Source: a virus (lineage: Duplodnaviria > Caudoviricetes). Taken from it: DNA of 64,000 nucleotides. Numbering within the stretch: position 1 is the stretch's first letter; every line of letters starts with the position of its first letter. The DNA lies in IMG/VR virus record IMGVR_UViG_3300035703_002708; one strand, given 5' to 3'. Positions 10,472 to 20,063 of the stretch are shown here, piece by piece. A model generated the notes under the pieces. The model saw nothing but the letters and a program-made list of their open reading frames with translations. It was not told the origin of the DNA and ran no database searches. Made by a program: the position numbers and the translations under genes.

Positions 10472-11323
10472 ATGGCGACAAATGCAATGGATGCTGTTTT
10501 GGCTCAGTATGAAAAACAACAAAAGTCAAGTACGTCTTCTGGCTCAAAGATGAGTCAAGACGAGAGAATGAAAAAATACTTTGCAGCCGTTCTCGGCGAC
10601 AAAGAAAGTCAAGGAACAAAACGTCTTCGTATCCTCCCAACAAGTGATGGAAGTTCACCCTTCAAAGAAGTATGGTATCACGAAGTTCAAGTAGACGGAA
10701 AATGGGTAAAACTTTATGACCCAGGTAAAAACGACAATGAGCGTTCACCACTTAATGAATTATTTGAAGAATTAATGGCAACAGGTAAAGAATCGGACAA
10801 GAAATTGGCAGGAAACTACCGCTCACGTTTGTTCTATATCGTAAAAGTGGTTGACCGTGATGCAGAACAAGATGGTCCGAAGTTTTGGAGATTTAAACAC
10901 AACTACAAAAAAGAAGGTATCTTGGACAAAATTATTCCAATTTGGAGAGCAAAAGGTGATATCACTGACGCAGAAAAAGGTCGTGACCTTTTATTGGAAC
11001 TTACCAAAACAAAAGCAAACAACGGTAAACCTTATACCGTAATTCAGGCGGTTATGTATGATGACCCCCAACCATTACACGAAAATGAAGATACTCAAAA
11101 GGCTTGGTTAAGTGACGAACTTACTTGGGCTGACGTGTATTCAAAAAAACCTGTTGAGTATTTAGAAGCAATCGCTCGAGGAGAAACTCCACATTGGGAC
11201 TCTGACGCAGGAAAATATGTTTACGGTGACTCATCCGTAGGAACAACATCAGTAGGTGGTTCTACCCCTTCAGTTGAAGACCCACAACTAATGGACGCTC
11301 CTGACGAGGACCTACCTTTCTAA
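10472..11323 (+). CDS. Single-stranded DNA-binding protein, T4 gp32-like
   Basis: RLRILP...PFKEVWYH...YIVKVVDR...PKFWRF pattern, acidic tail ending DEDLPF, first gene of the recombination operon. Confidence 0.8.
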   Translation: MATNAMDAVLAQYEKQQKSSTSSGSKMSQDERMKKYFAAVLGDKESQGTKRLRILPTSDGSSPFKEVWYHEVQVDGKWVKLYDPGKNDNERSPLNELFEELMATGKESDKKLAGNYRSRLFYIVKVVDRDAEQDGPKFWRFKHNYKKEGILDKIIPIWRAKGDITDAEKGRDLLLELTKTKANNGKPYTVIQAVMYDDPQPLHENEDTQKAWLSDELTWADVYSKKPVEYLEAIARGETPHWDSDAGKYVYGDSSVGTTSVGGSTPSVEDPQLMDAPDEDLPF

Positions 11324-11337
11324 TCAAACAAAATCAT

Positions 11338-11372
11338 AGGATGGACATTTACTTGGACAAAGTGTCCATCCT
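11338..11372. repeat. Intergenic inverted repeat (13-bp stem with one G-U pair) containing three TGGACA/TGTCCA units
   Basis: AGGATGGACATTT-ACTTGGACA-AAGTGTCCATCCT, seen directly between ssb and the next gene. Confidence 0.75.
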
Positions 11373-11403
11373 TTATTATATTTAATCAATTTAACTTAAT
11401 AGC

Positions 11404-11622
11404 ATGGACAAAATCAGATTCAAAATGTACGAGGCTCTCAAAAAGAAATATGAGGGTGAAATGTTGGATGCCGAAGCATCATTACTTGTTTATTTCACAA
11501 ATCCTGTTGGTATTGGAGAACATCCACAACACATTGAGGAAATGGATAAGTTAATCGAGAAACGAGCAAACGCACAAGACAAACTCGAAAACTTAGAACA
11601 ATTTTACAAATTCGAAATTTAA
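11404..11622 (+). CDS. Conserved small phage protein (NPVGIGEHP family)
   Basis: 72 aa. I recognise the NPVGIGEHP motif from T4-like aquatic phages; function unknown. Confidence 0.65.
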   Translation: MDKIRFKMYEALKKKYEGEMLDAEASLLVYFTNPVGIGEHPQHIEEMDKLIEKRANAQDKLENLEQFYKFEI

Positions 11623-11624
11623 TT

Positions 11625-12629
11625 ATGGCCTTAAAGAAACAAGATTTTAAATCAATCAAGAATAAGTTCTCAACATCGGCAAAATACAAACCACAGAGGT
11701 ATTTTGATTTGGGTCCTGAGTTCTTGGATGCGGTGGGTCTACCAGGTCCTGCAATTGGACATATTAATATGTTCTTGGGACACTCAGACACGGGTAAGAC
11801 AACCGCACTTGTAAAGACGGCTGTTGATGCTCAGAAAAAACAAACTTTACCTGTATTCATTATCACTGAACAAAAATGGTCATTTGACCACGCAAAGATG
11901 ATGGGTTTTGAATGTGATGAGGTTGTTGATGAGTCAACAGGAGAAATGGATTGGGACGGGTTCTTTTTATTTAACAACTCATTTCAATATATCGAACAAA
12001 TTACCGATTATATTAATGAACTATTAGATGCTCAAGAAAAGGGTGATTTAGATTATTCATTATGTTTTCTGTGGGACTCGGTAGGTTCAGTACCTTGTAA
12101 GATGACTTACGAAGGCAAGGGTGGAAAACAACATAACGCTGCCGTATTAGCCGACAAAATTGGTATGGGTATCAACCAAAGAATTTCAGGTTCACGTAGA
12201 GCAGATAGTAAATACGAAAACACTTTGATTATCGTTAATCAGCCTTGGGTCGAATTACCTGATAATCCATTCGGACAACCGAAGATTAAAGCAAAGGGTG
12301 GCGAGGCGATTTGGTTAAACTCATCTTTGGTATTCTTATTTGGTAATCAAAAAGGTGCTGGTACAACAAAGATTTCAGCAACCAAAGACAAGCGTTCAGT
12401 TAAGTTTGCAACAAGAAGTAAAATTTCCGTTATCAAAAACCACATCAACGGATTGGGTTATGAAGATGGTAAGATTATAGTTACACCTCACGGATTTTTA
12501 GCGGCAAAAGAACCGGCAGAAGAAAAAGCATCGGTTGAAAAATACAAAAAGGAATACTCAGAATATTGGAAAGATATTTTGGGGACTGACTTTAACGATG
12601 TGAAGTTTACAGAAGAACAGGATGTTTAA
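11625..12629 (+). CDS. recA: RecA/UvsX-like recombinase
   Basis: Walker A GHSDTGKT, Walker B FLWDSVG, IIVNQ, and the KGGEAI loop. Confidence 0.9.
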   Translation: MALKKQDFKSIKNKFSTSAKYKPQRYFDLGPEFLDAVGLPGPAIGHINMFLGHSDTGKTTALVKTAVDAQKKQTLPVFIITEQKWSFDHAKMMGFECDEVVDESTGEMDWDGFFLFNNSFQYIEQITDYINELLDAQEKGDLDYSLCFLWDSVGSVPCKMTYEGKGGKQHNAAVLADKIGMGINQRISGSRRADSKYENTLIIVNQPWVELPDNPFGQPKIKAKGGEAIWLNSSLVFLFGNQKGAGTTKISATKDKRSVKFATRSKISVIKNHINGLGYEDGKIIVTPHGFLAAKEPAEEKASVEKYKKEYSEYWKDILGTDFNDVKFTEEQDV

Positions 12630-12645
12630 TTAAAAAAATAACAAA

Positions 12646-13656
12646 GTGACAAAAACACTTTTAGTTGATGGTAATAACCTTTTGAAAATTGGGTTTTACG
12701 GGGTAAAGGAGTATTATCATAAAGGTGAACACATCGGAGGTATTTATCATTTTTTAAATACCCTCCGAAGGTTCATAGAAGAACAAAACTTTGATAAGGT
12801 AGTTGTATTTTGGGACGGTGACTCAAACTCATCGGCACGGAAACTCATATATCCCAAGTATAAGGAAAACAGAACCTCAACCGAGACGGACCAAAAGAAG
12901 GAATCATTTTACAAACAAAAAGAACGAATCAAACAATATTTGGAAGAAATGTTTGTAAGACAGGTTGAGGTAAATAACAACGAGTCCGATGATTTGATTG
13001 CATATTATTGTCATATATCTGACGATGAACAAAAAACAATTTTTTCATCAGATAGGGATTTAACACAACTAATTTCTGAAAAGGTCTCTGTATATTCACC
13101 CCAACAAAAAAGGACGTATAAGATGGGTGATATGATTAAAAACAAGGATTTGGAGTTTCCCCACTATAATATCAAGACCACGAAAATTCTTTGTGGTGAC
13201 ACATCAGATAATATTGATGGTATTAGATATTTGGGAGAGAAAACTTTGGTTAAATTATTCCCCGAGATACTTGAAAATCCAATCACCTTTAGTGATATTT
13301 TGTCAAAAGCAGAACAACTCCTCAAAGAGGACAAAGAAAACACGGCACTTAAAAATCTACTCACAGGTAAAACAAAAGACGGAATTTATGGAGAAGAATT
13401 TTTTGTGATTAATCAAAAGATAATTGATTTGTCTGAACCACTTATCACAGAACAAGGTAAAACTATTGTAGAGGAATACTACAAAGAGACCTTGGACCCT
13501 GATGGTAGGGGATATAAGAACCTAATCAAAATGATGATGGATGACGGAATATTCAAGTTCCTACCTAAAACCGACGACGCATGGGTAGAATTTTTAAGAC
13601 CAATAATGAAACTAACAAGAAAAGAAAAAAAGAAATTTAAAAATCAAAAAAACTAA
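12646..13656 (+). CDS. 5'-3' exonuclease / T4 RNase H-like flap endonuclease (GTG start)
   Basis: LLVDGNN, ESDDLIAY, SSDRDLTQL and GDTSDNIDGI..LGEKT (H3TH) motifs. Confidence 0.9.
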   Translation: MTKTLLVDGNNLLKIGFYGVKEYYHKGEHIGGIYHFLNTLRRFIEEQNFDKVVVFWDGDSNSSARKLIYPKYKENRTSTETDQKKESFYKQKERIKQYLEEMFVRQVEVNNNESDDLIAYYCHISDDEQKTIFSSDRDLTQLISEKVSVYSPQQKRTYKMGDMIKNKDLEFPHYNIKTTKILCGDTSDNIDGIRYLGEKTLVKLFPEILENPITFSDILSKAEQLLKEDKENTALKNLLTGKTKDGIYGEEFFVINQKIIDLSEPLITEQGKTIVEEYYKETLDPDGRGYKNLIKMMMDDGIFKFLPKTDDAWVEFLRPIMKLTRKEKKKFKNQKN

Positions 13657-13658
13657 TT

Positions 13659-14111
13659 ATGAAAGAACAAGATTCAACCAAGTTGGAGTTTTTACTCAAA
13701 GTTAATGGAAACATTATCGTGCAACGATTTTTCAATGTGAGGGGTTATAACCACAAGGCTCGTAACTCTATGGAATTACACGATTATATTTCCGAGTTTA
13801 TCGATGAGTTTAGAAACGATTTGAGGGTGAGAACGGCCTCTTATATGATTGACAATATGTACGACATATATGAGAATCCACAGATTATGGAGACATCAAT
13901 CACTGATGGCCCAGAGAGTTTTTCACTTATGATTAAAAACGGAGATAACGTGTTATACCATCGTTACCTCGACGCGAAGATTTACCCACCAAAAGTTAGA
14001 TACACCGTAGACCTCCGCCCAAAATTAAAGTCGATTCTGAACACCCTGACAGAGATTTTTTCGACAAAAAAATTAACTTTGGAATATTCGGATTATAGTT
14101 TAGATGTGTAA
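13659..14111 (+). CDS. Hypothetical protein, 150 aa
   Basis: Tightly packed in the operon; no motif recognised. Confidence 0.65.
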   Translation: MKEQDSTKLEFLLKVNGNIIVQRFFNVRGYNHKARNSMELHDYISEFIDEFRNDLRVRTASYMIDNMYDIYENPQIMETSITDGPESFSLMIKNGDNVLYHRYLDAKIYPPKVRYTVDLRPKLKSILNTLTEIFSTKKLTLEYSDYSLDV

Positions 14112-14118
14112 TATTTAT
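14111..14118 (+). promoter_or_regulatory. ATATTTAT phage promoter motif upstream of the helicase
   Basis: Exact motif 22 nt before ATG 14141. Confidence 0.4.
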
Positions 14119-14140
14119 CAATACATCAAGGAGATTTTAT

Positions 14141-15520
14141 ATGGCGACAGAGAAAAATTTTGAATATTTAGGACAATCATTTCAATTACAATTACTTAAT
14201 CAGATTGTTGTAGATAAGGACTTCGCCCACTCTATTGTTGATGTTATTGAACCTAGTTATTTCGAGAACAAATACTTCAAAATCATTTTACAAATGGTTA
14301 AGGAGTATTACAAGAAATACGAAGTTACACCATCTTTTGAAACTCTAAATCAGATAACAAGGAGCGAACTTCCTCAAGAAATGGTGGCTAAAGTTGTATT
14401 GGACACTGTGAAAAAAATCAAGGATGTTAATATTGATGGTCCACAGTTCGTACAAGAAAAGGCTTTGAAATTCTGTAAACAACAAGAAGTTTCAAAGGCT
14501 ATGACAAAGGCTCAAAAAATCATCGACGGAGGGGAGTTTGAAAGTTATGACACAATTGAAGAATTATTTAAATCCGCATTACAAGTGGGTGAAAGAGAGA
14601 CATCCCTTATGGATGTGTTCTCAAACTTGGATGAGGTATTGAATGAGGATTACAGACATCCGATACCTATGGGTATCCCTGGTATTGACAGATTATTAAA
14701 AGGTGGTTTGGCAAAAGGAGAAATTGGTGTTATCTTAGCACCTACGGGTGTGGGTAAATCCACTTTACTTACCAAAATATCAAACCATGCGTTCAATATG
14801 GGATACAATGTGTTACAGATATTCTTTGAGGACAACCCAAAGATTATTCAAAGAAAACATATTGTTCTATGGACAGGAATACACCCCGACGATTTAACAT
14901 TCAAAAAAGACGAAGTGTTGAAAAAAGTAAAAGAAGTTGAAGGAACTATGAAAAATAAGTTAATTTTGCAAAAATACGCTTCCGATACTTTGTCTATGAA
15001 TCAAATCAAAAACTCAATCAGAAAGTTAATTGCTGACGGACAACAAATAGATATGATTTTATTAGATTATATTGATTGTGTTTTACCTGACAGACAACTC
15101 GAAGATGAGTGGAAAAGTGAGGGGTCTGTAATGAGAGGGTTTGAAGCGATGTGTCACGAACTATCTTTGGTGGGTTGGACCGCAACACAAGGAAATAGGT
15201 CATCTATTTCATCAGAAGTCGTAACCACAGACCAAATGGGGGGTTCAATTAAGAAAGCACAAGTAGGTCACGTTATCATATCGGTGGCGAAAACCTTACA
15301 ACAAAAAGAGATGAAATTGGCAACAATTGCAATTACAAAATCTCGTATCGGTGACGATGGTGTTATCTTTGAAAATTGTAAATTTGATAACGCAATGTTA
15401 GAGATTGATGTTGAATCATCCACCACATTCTTGGGTCACGAAGAAAACCAAGAAGAGAAGCGTCGTCAGAGAATGAAAGAATTGATGGATAAAAGAAAAG
15501 AAAAACAACAAGTTAATTAA
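14141..15520 (+). CDS. dnaB: Replicative DNA helicase, DnaB/T4 gp41 family
   Basis: Walker [28 protein letters not shown] and KSRIG motifs. Confidence 0.92.
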   Translation: MATEKNFEYLGQSFQLQLLNQIVVDKDFAHSIVDVIEPSYFENKYFKIILQMVKEYYKKYEVTPSFETLNQITRSELPQEMVAKVVLDTVKKIKDVNIDGPQFVQEKALKFCKQQEVSKAMTKAQKIIDGGEFESYDTIEELFKSALQVGERETSLMDVFSNLDEVLNEDYRHPIPMGIPGIDRLLKGGLAKGEIGVILAPTGVGKSTLLTKISNHAFNMGYNVLQIFFEDNPKIIQRKHIVLWTGIHPDDLTFKKDEVLKKVKEVEGTMKNKLILQKYASDTLSMNQIKNSIRKLIADGQQIDMILLDYIDCVLPDRQLEDEWKSEGSVMRGFEAMCHELSLVGWTATQGNRSSISSEVVTTDQMGGSIKKAQVGHVIISVAKTLQQKEMKLATIAITKSRIGDDGVIFENCKFDNAMLEIDVESSTTFLGHEENQEEKRRQRMKELMDKRKEKQQVN

Positions 15521-15522
15521 TT

Positions 15523-16470
15523 ATGGAACAAATATTAAAAGAGAACCCTAACAGGTTTGTCATATTCCCTATTGAGTATCACGACATATGGGATTTTTAT
15601 AAAAAACATCAGTCGGCGTTTTGGACCGCTGAGGAAGTTGATTTGAGTGGGGATATTAGAGATTGGGAAAAACTATCAGAAAATGAAAAGTATTTTGTAA
15701 AAAATGTATTATCGTTTTTTGCCGCCTCTGATGGTATCGTTAACGAAAATCTTGCTGAAAATTTTTACAGAGAAGTTCAGTATCCCGAGGCTAAATTCTT
15801 CTATGGATTCCAACTTGCGATGGAAAACATCCACTCACTGATGTATTCCCTATTAATTGACACATATATTAATGACCCCAAAGAAAAGATGGAGTGTTTC
15901 AGAGCAATCGAACATCTCCCTGCGGTTCAAAAGAAGGCGAATTGGGCTCTTAATTGGATTAAGAATGCATCTTTCCAAGAAAGATTAGTGGCTTTCGCAG
16001 CAGTTGAGGGTATTTTCTTTTCAGGTTCATTCTGTTCAATCTTTTGGTTAAAATCAAGAGGTATTATGCAAGGATTGTGTAATGCAAATGCCTTGATTTT
16101 CAAGGACGAAAACCTACATTGTGATTTCGCAATTCATTTATTTAACAATCATATCGAAAACAAAATATCAGAAAAAAGAATTAAAGAGATATTGTTGTCA
16201 GCACTTGAGATTGAGAAGGAATTTATCACAGAATCATTACCTGTTTCATTAATTGGTATGAACCAAAATTTGATGAAACAATACTTGGAGTTTGTTGTTG
16301 ATGGACTTTTAGTTAAATTTGGATGTAAAAAAGAATTTAACGTAGAACAACCATTTAAATTTATGGAACAAATCGCAGTAGAAACAAAAGGTAATTTCTT
16401 TGAAAGTAGAACTATCGAGTATCAAAAAGCAAAACTTAACGAAGCAATCTCATTTGATGAAGATTTTTAA
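15523..16470 (+). CDS. nrdB: Class Ia ribonucleotide reductase beta subunit
   Basis: [29 protein letters not shown] (radical Tyr), VEGIFF and DENLH motifs. Confidence 0.97.
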   Translation: MEQILKENPNRFVIFPIEYHDIWDFYKKHQSAFWTAEEVDLSGDIRDWEKLSENEKYFVKNVLSFFAASDGIVNENLAENFYREVQYPEAKFFYGFQLAMENIHSLMYSLLIDTYINDPKEKMECFRAIEHLPAVQKKANWALNWIKNASFQERLVAFAAVEGIFFSGSFCSIFWLKSRGIMQGLCNANALIFKDENLHCDFAIHLFNNHIENKISEKRIKEILLSALEIEKEFITESLPVSLIGMNQNLMKQYLEFVVDGLLVKFGCKKEFNVEQPFKFMEQIAVETKGNFFESRTIEYQKAKLNEAISFDEDF

Positions 16471-16480
16471 ACTATAAACT

Positions 16481-18901
16481 ATGTCATTAACAATTATAAA
16501 AAAAGGTGGGGAAGAGGTAGCCTTCAACCCCACCAAAATATACAACCGAATTAAAAAGGCGTCTAAGTCACTTAACGTTAATTCAGATGAAATATTCATA
16601 AAAGTAATCACTTCAGTTCCAACCGAAGGTAAAATCACCACGAAGGATTTGGATAAGTTGGTCTATGAGATTTCAGCGGCGTATACTGGTAGTCACTACG
16701 ATTATAGTAGATTGGCTGCGACCGTAGCGATTTCATCATACCACAAAGAAACAAATCCAAGTTTCTCAGAGGTTATGGAAAGTTTAAATAAGGAGGGTAT
16801 CATTAATGAAGACCTTATTTTGACTATGAAATATTATGGTAAAGACAAAATTGATGAGGTAATCAACCACGAATTGGATTATAATTTTGATTACTTTGCT
16901 TGGCGTTCATTACAAGAGATGTATCTACTCAAAAACTCAAGTGGCGTATCAGTTGAGAGACCTCAACATATGTATATGAGAGTTGCTTTATGGGTTACTA
17001 AATCTTTTGAAGAGGCGGTCGAATACTACAATTCGTTGTCAAATCAACTTATCTCACCTGCAACTCCTATTATGATTAATGCGGGAACAAAGGTACCACA
17101 GTTGGCGTCTTGTGTATTACATTATAATAACGATGATTCAAGAAAGGGATTATTGGACACATTAAAAGATATCTCTACATACTCTTCTGACGCTGCTGGT
17201 ATCGGACTTTGTATGAGTAATATCAGGTCAAAAGATACTCGTATTTCTTCATCAGGTGGTTTTGCCGGTGGATTGTTGAAGTATCTTAAAATCGTAAATG
17301 AATCATTGAGATTCTTTAATCAACAAGGAAGAAGACCAGGAAGTGCGGCTATCTATATCGAACCTTGGCACAGAGATATTTTTGATTTATTAGACATCAA
17401 GAAAAACACAGGACCTGAAGAGTTAAGAGCAAGAGACCTTTTCACATCTTTGTGGTTACCTGATAACTTTATGAGAGCGGTTCGTGAGTCATCAGATTGG
17501 TATTTATTCTGTCCTGATGATATTCTAAAGGCGGGATTAAAACCACTCCAAGAGTGTTACGGTGAGGAATATGAAGAGAACTACAACAAAGCGGTAAGTT
17601 TAGGTATTGGTAAAAAAATCAAGGCTCAAGAGTTGTGGTATAAGATTATTGAATCACAAATTGAAACTGGCGTTCCTTACCTTTGTTCAAAAGATAACGC
17701 AAACAAAAAGACCAACCATCAAAATATTGGTGTAATCAAACAATCAAACTTGTGTAATGAGATTTACCAATATACAGACGAGAATACAACAGCGATTTGT
17801 ACCTTATCTTCTATGATTTTGAAAAACTTTGTTGAGGACGGTAAGTTTAACTTCCAAAGATTGTTTGAAGAAACTCGTAAAGTTGTAAGAGCACTTAACA
17901 AGGTAATTGACATCAACTATTACTCAACTGAAAAGGGTAAAAAAGGTGGATTAGAACAAAGAGCAATCGGTATCGGAACTCAAGGATTGGCTGACGTGTT
18001 CTACTTAATGGACTACGTTTTCACTTCTGATGAAGCAAAGAAACTTAACAAAGATATCTTTGAAACCATCTATTACGGAGCGATTTACGAATCAAATAAC
18101 TTGTGTAAAACCGCAGAATATTTACCATACGACTTCTTCAAAGGGTCACCAATGTCTCAAGGAATACTTCAATTTGATATGTGGGGATTAAATGAAAGTG
18201 ATTTGTCAGGAATGTGGGATTGGAACTCACTTAAAGAAAGTGTTAAATTCTTTGGTGTTTGTAACTCACTTACAACCGCTCAGATGCCTGTAGCATCATC
18301 TGCAAAAATCACAGGGTCATATGAAATGACAGAACCTGCTCACTCAGCGTTATTTAACAGACGAGTTGTTGGTGGAGAAATTATGATTGTAAACAAATAT
18401 CTTATTACCGACTTTGAAAAAATTGGTATTTGGAACGAACAAGTGAAAAATGAGATTATCTTAAACGAAGGTTCAATCCAATCAATTAACTTCAACAAAT
18501 ACTTAGATGCTGAGGATAAAAACTACAACAAAAAAGTAAGAAGAATTGAACATCTTTTGAAAAAGTATAAAACCATTTGGGAGATTTCTCAAAGAGAACT
18601 AATTGATATGTCGTCTGATAGAGCACCATTTATTGACCAATCTCAATCTATGAATATCTATTTGGCAAACCCAACGGTATCAAAAATTACTTCATCTCAC
18701 TTTAAGGCTTGGGAAAACGGATTGAAAACTTTGTGTTACTATGTTAGAACAAAAGCAATTTCAACAGGAGCGAAACACTTGGCGGTAGATATCAGTCAAG
18801 AAGTAAAACCTCAACCACTTCCTGAAGTAGATTACAGTAAAATGAATTTACCACCAAGACCCGACAGTAGTTTGGTAGAATGTTTTGGATGTTCAGCATA
18901 A
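16481..18901 (+). CDS. nrdA: Class Ia ribonucleotide reductase alpha subunit with ATP cone
   Basis: ATP cone, SPATP, ASCVL, SNLCNE, CTLSS, DQSQS, YYVRT and C-terminal CFGC. Confidence 0.97.
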   Translation: MSLTIIKKGGEEVAFNPTKIYNRIKKASKSLNVNSDEIFIKVITSVPTEGKITTKDLDKLVYEISAAYTGSHYDYSRLAATVAISSYHKETNPSFSEVMESLNKEGIINEDLILTMKYYGKDKIDEVINHELDYNFDYFAWRSLQEMYLLKNSSGVSVERPQHMYMRVALWVTKSFEEAVEYYNSLSNQLISPATPIMINAGTKVPQLASCVLHYNNDDSRKGLLDTLKDISTYSSDAAGIGLCMSNIRSKDTRISSSGGFAGGLLKYLKIVNESLRFFNQQGRRPGSAAIYIEPWHRDIFDLLDIKKNTGPEELRARDLFTSLWLPDNFMRAVRESSDWYLFCPDDILKAGLKPLQECYGEEYEENYNKAVSLGIGKKIKAQELWYKIIESQIETGVPYLCSKDNANKKTNHQNIGVIKQSNLCNEIYQYTDENTTAICTLSSMILKNFVEDGKFNFQRLFEETRKVVRALNKVIDINYYSTEKGKKGGLEQRAIGIGTQGLADVFYLMDYVFTSDEAKKLNKDIFETIYYGAIYESNNLCKTAEYLPYDFFKGSPMSQGILQFDMWGLNESDLSGMWDWNSLKESVKFFGVCNSLTTAQMPVASSAKITGSYEMTEPAHSALFNRRVVGGEIMIVNKYLITDFEKIGIWNEQVKNEIILNEGSIQSINFNKYLDAEDKNYNKKVRRIEHLLKKYKTIWEISQRELIDMSSDRAPFIDQSQSMNIYLANPTVSKITSSHFKAWENGLKTLCYYVRTKAISTGAKHLAVDISQEVKPQPLPEVDYSKMNLPPRPDSSLVECFGCSA

Positions 18902-18904
18902 CAT

Positions 18905-18934
18905 AAATCCCGAGAAATCGGGATTTTTTGTTTT
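18905..18934 (+). terminator. Intrinsic terminator
   Basis: AAATCCCGA-GAAA-TCGGGATTT (9-bp stem, GNRA loop) plus a T-run after nrdA. Confidence 0.9.
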
Positions 18935-18944
18935 ACAAAGGTTG

Positions 18945-18952
18945 ATATTTAT
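18945..18952 (+). promoter_or_regulatory. ATATTTAT phage promoter motif
   Basis: Directly after the terminator and 4 nt before an in-frame GTG at 18957. Confidence 0.5.
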
Positions 18953-18956
18953 ATAT

Positions 18957-19583
18957 GTGGGGTTGTTAAACGAAAATATTAAAAGTTTTAAGTGTTTGGT
19001 AAGATTATCACATTTTACCAAAAATGAAAAAGATAACAATAAGTTTCATAATGCTTACGCATTTGGAATACAATCAGTATCAGGTAAAATATTAACTTTT
19101 CACGTAATGACCGACTATGGAATGTTGAGGTCAAGAGTTCCAATATCTGAAATATTCCTTAAAGAACCTACCAAAGACATTCCTTTTCATTTCAAACAAC
19201 TTTGGGATTGTTTCTCAGAAAATGTTACAGTGACCGAATATGAGTTTTTGAAAGGAAAAAGGGCGGAAGTTGTATTAAAGGACAAAACAAAAGTTTGGGT
19301 AACATATTTGATGACAATTGATTGGTTTGATAACGCTTATAGTGATGAACCATCTGATTATAAGTGTGGTCATTTACTTGTGTCAGACGATGGGTATCTT
19401 TTATGTCAACCAAATAACAGAATATTTTGGAAAGATTCCAATTGGATAACAACTGATTTTCCACTGAATTTGAAAGACATAAAAGTTGATAATTCATTAC
19501 CTTCAGTTGAAACAAGTTCAGATAGATGGATTTCTGAGGATAGCGATAGTTATTATTATGATATTAAAGAAAACAAAATTTAA
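18957..19583 (+). CDS. Widespread conserved phage hypothetical protein (probable GTG start 18957)
   Basis: LLNEN..FKC, RSRVPIS, QLWDCFS, TIDW, EPSDYKCGH and QPNNRIFW, a pattern I recognise from T4-like aquatic phages. The listed start 18885 would run through the nrdA end and terminator. Confidence 0.7.
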   Translation: MGLLNENIKSFKCLVRLSHFTKNEKDNNKFHNAYAFGIQSVSGKILTFHVMTDYGMLRSRVPISEIFLKEPTKDIPFHFKQLWDCFSENVTVTEYEFLKGKRAEVVLKDKTKVWVTYLMTIDWFDNAYSDEPSDYKCGHLLVSDDGYLLCQPNNRIFWKDSNWITTDFPLNLKDIKVDNSLPSVETSSDRWISEDSDSYYYDIKENKI

Positions 19584-19589
19584 CACCTT

Positions 19590-19597
19590 ATATTTAT
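19590..19597 (+). promoter_or_regulatory. ATATTTAT phage promoter motif
   Basis: 4 nt before ATG of the gp25-like gene. Confidence 0.5.
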
Positions 19598-19601
19598 AGG
19601 T

Positions 19602-20060
19602 ATGGCAAATCCAATAACATACGGAATAAATTTCCCATTTAATGATTCTAAAGACGGTAGATATTTAAGTTTATCAACAACACCTAAAGATGAATTAAGA
19701 ACTGATTTGATTCATCTTCTACTAACTAGAAAGGGCACAAGATATTTTCTGCCTGATTTTGGAACTAGATTATTGGAATACATTTTTGAACCACTTGATG
19801 GACCAACTTTCTCTCAAATAGAAGCGGAAATAAGGGACTCAGTACAAAAATATATACCCAATCTTAAAATAACTTCTTTACAAGTTTTCGATGCCTCTAC
19901 GGAGGAAGAGTCTGAAAATAGAACGGTTATATCAGGTGATGAAAGAGTATTTAGGGTACCTGGAATTGGAACGAAAGAACATACCGCAAGAGTCAAGATA
20001 GATTTTGTAGTTACCTCGAACGCATTTGAATCTAGTGATTTTATTATAATTAATATTTAA
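19602..20060 (+). CDS. Baseplate wedge subunit, T4 gp25 / GPW family
   Basis: YGINFPF...LIHLLLTRKGTRYFLPDFGTRL..YIFEP is a typical gp25 signature. Confidence 0.88.
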   Translation: MANPITYGINFPFNDSKDGRYLSLSTTPKDELRTDLIHLLLTRKGTRYFLPDFGTRLLEYIFEPLDGPTFSQIEAEIRDSVQKYIPNLKITSLQVFDASTEEESENRTVISGDERVFRVPGIGTKEHTARVKIDFVVTSNAFESSDFIIINI

Positions 20061-20063
20061 ACT

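Noticed and set aside
10472-11323. gp32-like SSB lacking zinc-binding cysteines as a novelty
   Set aside because: Zinc-free gp32 homologues are already known, so this is not distinctive.
11625-18901. Inteins or introns in recA, dnaB, nrdB or nrdA
   Set aside because: Protein lengths are normal and the motifs are contiguous.
15523-18901. Eukaryotic or giant-virus origin suggested by eukaryote-like NrdA/NrdB, DnaJ and Cys-rich proteins
   Set aside because: Baseplate, sigma, amidase and bacterial promoter/terminator signals show a tailed bacteriophage; Bacteroidota carry this RNR subtype.
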